NCBI GenBank assembly: GCA_051294375.1
Contig: CM119265.1
Span: 18,331,645 to 18,337,548 of the forward strand
Direction: 5' to 3'
Length of the DNA: 5,904 nt
DNA from: Paraspadella gotoi
Taxonomy: Eukaryota; Animalia; Chaetognatha
In this document: in pieces, positions 1 through 5,904 of the stretch
How the letters are laid out: each line of letters starts with the position of its first letter
Position numbering within the stretch: position 1 is the first letter of the stretch
Notes under the pieces: generated by a model
Told to the model about the DNA's origin: nothing
What the model saw: only the letters and a program-made list of their open reading frames with translations
Databases searched by the model: none
Program-made: the position numbers and the translations under genes

Positions 1-96
1 TCGTTATTTTATGCAGTTTAAGCTAAAGTTACGTATTTAATATTTATCCTCTGGGTTGTTAATCTCCTTCGGAATCTTGCCTCTCTTTCAGCCTCC

Positions 97-127
97 CGTG
101 GCGTGGCGTGGCGTGGCGTGACGTGAC
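97..127. repeat. (CGTGG)n pentanucleotide microsatellite, decaying to CGTGA
   Basis: cgtggcgtggcgtggcgtggcgtgacgtgac read directly. Confidence 0.9.
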
Positions 128-262
128 AAGACGCGTTTCTGACGTTCGGAGAATATTTTATTAAAAAAGTTGATGAGACACGCCCACGTTTTGATCGACG
201 ACGACGACAACGACGATTTAAAAATGGCGAACGACAATTCAGACGACAGATTTACTTTATTC

Positions 263-292
263 ATAAATTATAAATTATAAATTATAAATTAT
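263..292. repeat. (ATAAATT)4 heptamer tandem repeat
   Basis: Four perfect ATAAATT copies starting at 263. Confidence 0.9.
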
Positions 293-370
293 TGAAAAAA
301 AACTATCGCTCGATTGTCACCCAAAATAAATTCTCGCGACGTGACTATCACAATGTTCAAGACAAGAGAT

Positions 371-547
371 CTAATGAAATTGTATTATACTAACTGTGTT
401 CCGGTTGTCCTTTATTGCTGTGAAGTAAAAACTTTTTCCGTACGTAATATGAACAGACTTAATGTAGCTGTAAATGATGGTGTCCGAAAGATTTTTGAAT
501 ATAATCGATGGGAAAGTGTGAGAGAACTTAGGAGTATGTTTGGATAC
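371..547 (+). mobile_element. Fragment of a non-LTR retrotransposon (LINE) ORF2, region C-terminal to the RT core, RTE-X-like; truncated
   Basis: Within ORF 314..646, the peptide LMKLYYTNCVPVVLYCCEV...LNVAVNDGVRKIFEYNRWESVRELRSMFGY fits the LY..C.P.L.Y.CE and VA.N...RKIF...RWES pattern of LINE ORF2 C-termini. No RT catalytic YADD motif or APE domain is present. The clade assignment is from recall only. Confidence 0.65.
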
Positions 548-694
548 AACGTTTGCACGGACTTAGTCTATGTTTGTTTGTTGATGATGATTGTACTGAA
601 TCAACCTTGTTGTATTCGAATACTATCGCATATATTATTATCATGAGAGGACTTATTTCGATTTCCTTATCTGAGGTGGATGCAGTGCGCCCTT

Positions 695-708
695 ACAACA
701 ACAACAAC
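695..708 (+). repeat. (ACA)n short microsatellite, possibly a LINE 3' tail
   Basis: acaacaacaacaac lies ~150 bp downstream of the LINE fragment on the same strand. The tail role is inference. Confidence 0.6.
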
Positions 709-793
709 GACTAGACTCAAATGCAACCAAAAAACTAATAAGGTGAAGAAAAGATTTTTCTCCATTTTCGGGTCTCGAATAGGTCCCGTGGAT

Positions 794-2876
794 GTTCTTT
801 AATCTCGGTGGGTAAGCAATTGCGCGGGTTTCGATAACGGCGTGGAGAGACGGTCTAGGAGAGAGGTAACGGAGAAGGGGAAACCCCTCGGGTTTCTCAA
901 AACCGACCTTTTTGTGACTACTGTCGACCTTGCCCGAAGAGGCCTGCCTTTGCTTAGGGCTTTATGCCGCATGTCCCGGCAAAGGACGACGGTTCGTGAC
1001 TTCGTTGGTCCACACGAGCGTTGCGCGCGGTACTCGCCAAATGGAGAGGGAGACTGAAGGAGCGAGAGGGAATGGGAGGAACCTTTTGGCTTTCTCTGCC
1101 TTACTCTTTGTACTCTTGTTTGTCGCTCTTTACCTGCTTGGGTCCGCCTTCGTTCTTTAACTCTCGGTGGGTAAGCATTGCGCGGGTTCGGATAACGGCG
1201 TGAGAGACACGTCAAGGGAGAGAGGTATGGAAAGGGGAACCCCTCGGGCTTTCTCAAAACCGGACCTTTTGTGGACTACTGTCGATCCTTGCCCCGAAGA
1301 GGCCATGCCTTTGCTAGGGCTTTTTATGCCGGCAATGGTCCCGCAAAGGGACGACGGTTCGTGACTTCGTTGGTCAATGAGCATTGCGCGTGGTACTCGC
1401 CAAATGGAGAGGGGAGACTGAAAGGAGCGAGAGGGAATGGGAGGGGGAACTTTGGGTTTCCTGCCTTTACTCTTTAACTCTTTTTGGTCGCTCTTTACCT
1501 GGCTTGGGTCCCGCCTTCGTTCTTTAATCTCGGTGGTAGCATTGCGGCGGGTTTTCGATAAACGGCGTGGAGAGAGACGAGTCTAGGGAGAGAGGTACGG
1601 AGAAGGGGAACCCTCGCGTTTCTCCAAAACCGGACCTTTGGTGAGTGACTGTCGATCCTTGCACCCGAAGAGGGCCCTGACCGGTTGTGCTATAGGGCTT
1701 TATGCCCGGGGGCAATGTCGCAAAGGGACGACGGTTCGTGACTTCGTTGTCACGACGAGCGTTGGCGCGCGGTACTCGCCAAATGGAGAGGGAGACTGAA
1801 AGGAGGCGAGAGGGAATGAGGAGGGGGAACCTTTTGGGTTTCTCTTGCCTTTACTCTCTTTTACTCTTTTTGTCGCTTTTACCTGGCTTGGTCCGCCTTC
1901 GTTCTTTATCTCAGTACGCTGGTAAGGCATTGCGGGGCTTTCGGATAACGCGGGAGAGGACAGTCAAGGAGAGAGGTATGGAGAAGGGGACCCCACGGGT
2001 ATTTTCTCAAAAACCGGCCTTTTGTGTAAAACTATGGCGATCTGGCCCGGAAAAGGATACCTTTGCTTAGGGCTTTAAGCCTGTTGAAAGTGTCGCAAGG
2101 GACCGACGGTTCGTACTTCGTTGGTCACATGAGCATGCGCGTGGTATTCGCCAAATGGAGAGGGGAGCTGGAAGGACGAAGGGAATGGGAGGGGGAACCT
2201 TTTGGGTTTCTCTGCCTTTACTCTTTTCTCTTTTTGTCGCTTTATACCTGGCTGGGTCCCGCCTTCGTTCTTTAATCTCGTCGGTAAGCACTTGCGCGGG
2301 TTTTCCGATAACGGCGTCGGAGAGACGTCTAGGGAGAGAGGTACGGAGAGAAGGGGAACCCCTCGGGTTTCCTCAAACCGGACCTTCGTTGTGATAACTG
2401 ATCTGATCCTGCCCGAAGAGGCTGCCTTATGGCTTAGGGCATTATGAGCCCGACAATGTCCGCGCCAAAGGGACAGACGGTTCTGTAGGACTTCTGTTTG
2501 GTCACATGATGCGTGGCGCTTGGTACTCTCCGCCATGGATAGGGCTACACTTCGAAAGGAGCTCGAGGAGCGAATGGAGGGGAACCTTTCGAGTTCTTCT
2601 GCCTTTATCACTATTACTCTTTTTGTTGCTTCTTGACCTGGCTTGGGTCCCGCGCTTCGTTCTTTAATCCTGGTGGGTTCAATGCCATTGGCGGCAGTTT
2701 TCGATACACGGCGTGGAGAGACGGTCTAGGGGAGAGAGGTACGAGAAGCACAGGGGAACCCTCGTTTGGTTTCCGTCTCAAAACCCTATGAGCCTTTTGT
2801 GACTACTGTGCGATCCTTGCCCGAAGGAGGCCTGCTTGCTTAGGGAGTGCGCTTTATGCCGGCAACGTCCGCAAGG
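794..2876. repeat. Tandem array (satellite-like) of ~360-390 bp units, 5 full copies plus 1 partial
   Basis: The anchor GTTCTTTA recurs at 794, 1152, 1519, 1901, 2267 and 2659 (unit lengths 358, 367, 382, 366, 392). Internal motifs such as GATAACGGCGTGGAGAGAC, CTTGCCCGAAGAGG, GACGGTTCGTGACTTCGTTGGTC and CGCCAAATGGAGAGGG recur in the same order, with small variations. The last copy stops near 2876. Confidence 0.97.
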
Positions 2877-2957
2877 AGGGCTAGCGGGCAGGTCAGAGGA
2901 CAGCGTGGCCGCCCAATTGCCACTATACCCGTGGGACGAAGGCACGTGTGGCGAACG

Positions 2958-3228
2958 TGACCGGCGCCCTTGTCCGATGCATAACCCGGCCCCGGCACCT
3001 CCGTGCGCTCCCGGCGCGATGTCCCTCCCTGGCGAACCCTCAGAGGTGCGAACTTGGGCGTACGACAGGCGCCCTTGCCCTTTATGCCCGTCCGCCCGCG
3101 CCGGCCGCCCCGATTGTCCCTCCCTGGGAACCCAAGGATCTTGGGAGGACGACCGGGCGCCCTTTGCCTCGTGCCTCGGTCCCCGGCCACCCGGCCGCCC
3201 TGACTGTCCCTCCCTGGGTACCTCAAGG
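2958..3228. repeat. Three diverged GC-rich tandem copies of a ~85-100 bp unit
   Basis: GAC(C/A)GG(G)CGCCCTT...TGTCCCTCCCTGG...ACC(C/T)..AGG recurs starting near 2958, 3063 and 3150. Confidence 0.9.
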
Positions 3229-3279
3229 CAATTGAGCTATGCTAGGCGCCTACTTTTAAGGTAGATCCGTGGAATGGCT

Positions 3280-3514
3280 TTCTGCTTTTACTAATGGATT
3301 GCGATAGGAATAGGTAAGTGAGAGTATTCGGTCGTAAAGAGAAGTTCTTTTCTCTTTCCCTTTACTCTCTCGGGTCCGCATGCAATAGTCGTGGAAAGGG
3401 GCAATAAGGCATAGGCCGACGGTTGCTCCTCGACTGCCTCACTCTGCGCTATCGGTCCTTAAAGGCGGCGATCTTTCGTTGGTACTCCGAGTCGTCGTTC
3501 GAGCATGTGCGTAG

Positions 3515-3553
<39 letters not shown>

Positions 3554-3610
3554 CTCTCTCTCTCGGCGATGGCAGTGGGTCATAGTGGAAGTGGTCGCTC
3601 TTCATCGTAT
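3280..3610 (-). mobile_element. Degenerate Penelope-like retroelement remnant (RT thumb/HTH-linker region), with frameshifts and stops
   Basis: Manual minus-strand translation gives HFHYD/HCH (~3566-3595, cf. PLE YLH..SCHP), ILRTCSNDDSEYQRKIAAFKDR* (~3449-3517, cf. R.LR..S....F......FK.RL..RGY), LLFTTEYSHLP (~3312-3345, cf. LPFVT.Y.P) and LVKAE (~3280-3295, cf. LVRAK). These occur in the expected order but need frameshifts, and a (CT)n tract interrupts them. Confidence 0.45.
3517..3564. repeat. (CT)n/(GA)n dinucleotide microsatellite with one AA interruption
   Basis: TC run 3517-3550, AA at 3551-3552, TC run to 3564. Confidence 0.97.
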
Positions 3611-3651
3611 GTCAATTCGTGTCGGATTCGCTCTCGTCTCTCTCCCTCCAT

Positions 3652-3676
3652 NNNNNNNNNNNNNNNNNNNNNNNNN
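3652..3676. other. Assembly gap or masked run (25 N)
   Basis: N run. Confidence 0.99.
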
Positions 3677-3885
3677 AGGAAAAAGGTAAGTTTGAGAATT
3701 AAGGGGAAGGTGGGGAAAGAAAAGATTGGCGAGAAGGGTGAGGCAAAGGTCGAGCGGAAAAAGAGGAATCTATTGAATGGAAAAGAACAAAACAGAAACG
3801 GGAGAGCAAGAAAAGAAATATTAATTCGTTGTAGAGAGAAAGAAAGGAAAATAAAGGGAAAAGGTTTTTAAAAAAAGGGGGATAT
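3677..3885. repeat. Purine (A/G)-rich low-complexity tract
   Basis: Dominated by A and G runs; the Lys/Glu/Arg-rich ORF here is a compositional by-product. Confidence 0.75.
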
Positions 3886-4617
3886 AGTGGTCAACGGGCT
3901 TCAATCGGTAAGTACTGAGTAGTAAGGGTTTTTAAAAAGAAGAGGAAATCCGCGGTCGAGAAAAAAGGCGGAGTTGATTTCGTACTCAAAATCGGAAGCG
4001 CATCATAAATTCGTAATTTTATGGGAAGAAAAAACATATTTAACGCAAGAAAGGTTTTCTCGTCAAAACATTCTTCCCATAAAATCGAATTTAAAAAAAA
4101 AAAAAACATTAAAATCCTCATAAATTTTTTGATGAATATAAAAAAGGTTTCTGCGCCGACTGCACGAATAGAATCCCGGTCAAAGCGGTCGTCGTTTGCC
4201 GATTTCTTCCCTCGCCCCGGTCCCTGCCCCTTAAATCCGGCTCCGGATGCAACTCGATCTGGTTCACCGGAAAGTCTGCGGAACAATTGAACGTTTGCTC
4301 TCGGTCTCCGCCCATTTCCGAATCTGGAAAATGGGAGATCGCATTTTTTGGTTTTGGACGATTCGGTGGACGAAGCCTTTTCCCTTTAGTTCCTTTTTTC
4401 TATACTACTCGGTGGTTAAACCACGCCCACTTATTTTTTTTTTTTGCTTCCGGCGACGATAAACCGTAAGTTCGTCTTTTCTTCAGCTTCGCCGTCGTCG
4501 AAACCCAAAAAAAGAATTGGTATTCCGGCAAAGGCTGATTCTCATTACGAAATCCTCGTTCCAAACCGAAACTTCTTCCTCGAACTCGAGAGATAATCGA
4601 AAACACAACGAAAACCT

Positions 4618-4949
4618 NNNNNNNNNNNNNNNNNNNNNNNNNNNNNNNNNNNNNNNNNNNNNNNNNNNNNNNNNNNNNNNNNNNNNNNNNNNNNNNNNNN
4701 NNNNNNNNNNNNNNNNNNNNNNNNNNNNNNNNNNNNNNNNNNNNNNNNNNNNNNNNNNNNNNNNNNNNNNNNNNNNNNNNNNNNNNNNNNNNNNNNNNNN
4801 NNNNNNNNNNNNNNNNNNNNNNNNNNNNNNNNNNNNNNNNNNNNNNNNNNNNNNNNNNNNNNNNNNNNNNNNNNNNNNNNNNNNNNNNNNNNNNNNNNNN
4901 NNNNNNNNNNNNNNNNNNNNNNNNNNNNNNNNNNNNNNNNNNNNNNNNN
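4618..4949. other. Assembly gap or masked run (332 N)
   Basis: N run. Confidence 0.99.
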
Positions 4950-5026
4950 TTTCACAGACTTCCCCGAAAATCGGATGCGTGGTCGAGCCGGTCGGTCTGA
5001 CCTTCACGTTTCTCTCACCACGGTCG

Positions 5027-5059
5027 CGTCGTCGTCGTCGTCGTCGTCGTCGTCATCGT
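5027..5059. repeat. (CGT)n trinucleotide microsatellite
   Basis: About nine perfect CGT units followed by CATCGT. Confidence 0.95.
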
Positions 5060-5406
5060 AATTTCTGAGAAATCCCCAGCGAACGGCGTGACATTCCAAC
5101 GCCTCCGTCGTTTCCGCCGGCGTCGGCGGCGTCCTCGATTTATCGCCCGACGCCGTCGTCGATGCCATAGCAACCGGAAACTCCCGCGCCGACGCCGCCG
5201 GTGATATTTTCTTATCATTCTTGGCGCGGGCGTCGAGAGCGTGGGGGAAAAAAAAGCGCCTCTACCGTCATTGTCGTTATAGTACGCGTCGTGGTTTTGA
5301 TAAAACGCGTTCACGTAACGTCTTAGTTTTTACGCTTAGCTAAAGATGAGATGGGATAAGCCGTATACAGCGATTTCGTTTAAGTACTTAGATTGTGCCC
5401 CCCCCC

Positions 5407-5625
5407 NNNNNNNNNNNNNNNNNNNNNNNNNNNNNNNNNNNNNNNNNNNNNNNNNNNNNNNNNNNNNNNNNNNNNNNNNNNNNNNNNNNNNNNNNNNNNN
5501 NNNNNNNNNNNNNNNNNNNNNNNNNNNNNNNNNNNNNNNNNNNNNNNNNNNNNNNNNNNNNNNNNNNNNNNNNNNNNNNNNNNNNNNNNNNNNNNNNNNN
5601 NNNNNNNNNNNNNNNNNNNNNNNNN
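5407..5625. other. Assembly gap or masked run (219 N), flanked by poly-C and (TCG)n
   Basis: N run preceded by a C run and followed by tcgtcgtcgtcttcgtcgtcgtcg. Confidence 0.99.
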
Positions 5626-5751
5626 TCGTCGTCGTCTTCGTCGTCGTCGGAGTTGGCGCCGTGATTCACGCTGGGGAAACGGTTTTTGGTTCGCGTCCAG
5701 TTTACGAGGAGGAAAAAAAGAATATGCGGCGATAAAACGAAATAAAAAACG

Positions 5752-5904
5752 TATTCTCTCTCTTTCCTTTTTTTTTCTTTTCCTCTTTTATTCGTTCTCA
5801 TCTTCTTTTCTCTCATCCCCATCCTTTTCTCTTTATCTTCTATTTTTCTATTGTTTATCTCATTTTTTTTTATTTTCGTCGCAGTTTTCTTTTTTCTTTT
5901 CTCT
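5752..5904. repeat. Pyrimidine (T/C)-rich low-complexity tract
   Basis: Almost entirely T and C runs to the window end. Confidence 0.8.

Noticed and set aside
1050-1075. Hammerhead core at CTGAAGGAG
   Set aside because: It does not match CUGANGA and is not followed by a stem II plus GAAA. I saw no canonical core on either strand of the unit.
1491-1515. Twister-ribozyme-like string on the minus strand (GCGGGACCCAAGCCAGGTAAAG)
   Set aside because: It resembles the GCCGGUCCCAAGCCCGG core, but the P4 stem does not pair and the downstream GAGGG pseudoknot partner is absent.
842-2447. Plus-strand ORFs within the array as real genes
   Set aside because: They are short, overlapping, frame-inconsistent translations of the same repeat with no recognisable domain.
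794-2876. CRISPR array or other repeat-spacer system
   Set aside because: The whole ~365 bp unit is repeated. There are no unique spacers and no cas-like ORFs.
2877-3230. rDNA spacer or expansion-segment origin of the GC-rich segment
   Set aside because: No conserved 18S, 5.8S, 28S or 5S sequence is recognisable anywhere in the window.
3423-4606. ORFs such as 3423..3689, 3569..3871, 3891..4286 and 4021..4290 as genes
   Set aside because: They are microsatellite- or low-complexity-driven, gap-spanning, or antisense to the PLE-like motif, and none has a recognisable domain.
4483-5822. Long ORFs spanning N runs, and poly-Arg/Thr/Ser/Asp ORFs
   Set aside because: Their length is an artefact of N read-through, and the homopolymeric peptides come from (CGT)n tracts.

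Overview
This looks like eukaryotic, gene-free, repeat-rich draft-assembly sequence with three N gaps (3652-3676, 4618-4949, 5407-5625). No intact protein-coding, rRNA, tRNA or CRISPR feature is supportable. The main elements are: (i) a short plus-strand fragment of a non-LTR retrotransposon ORF2 (~371-547); (ii) a tandem array of ~5.6 copies of a ~360-390 bp unit (794-2876), each unit made of two diverged half-monomers; (iii) three copies of a GC-rich ~85-100 bp repeat (2958-3228); (iv) a degraded minus-strand segment (~3280-3610) resembling the post-RT region of a Penelope-like element (PLE); and (v) several microsatellites and low-complexity tracts. The most interesting hypothesis is that 794-3610 is one minus-strand PLE remnant whose 3' part, with a weak GIY-YIG-like motif, was amplified into the tandem array. 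Much of the copy-to-copy divergence looks like uncorrected long-read indel error. All protein similarities are from motif recognition by eye, not database searches.
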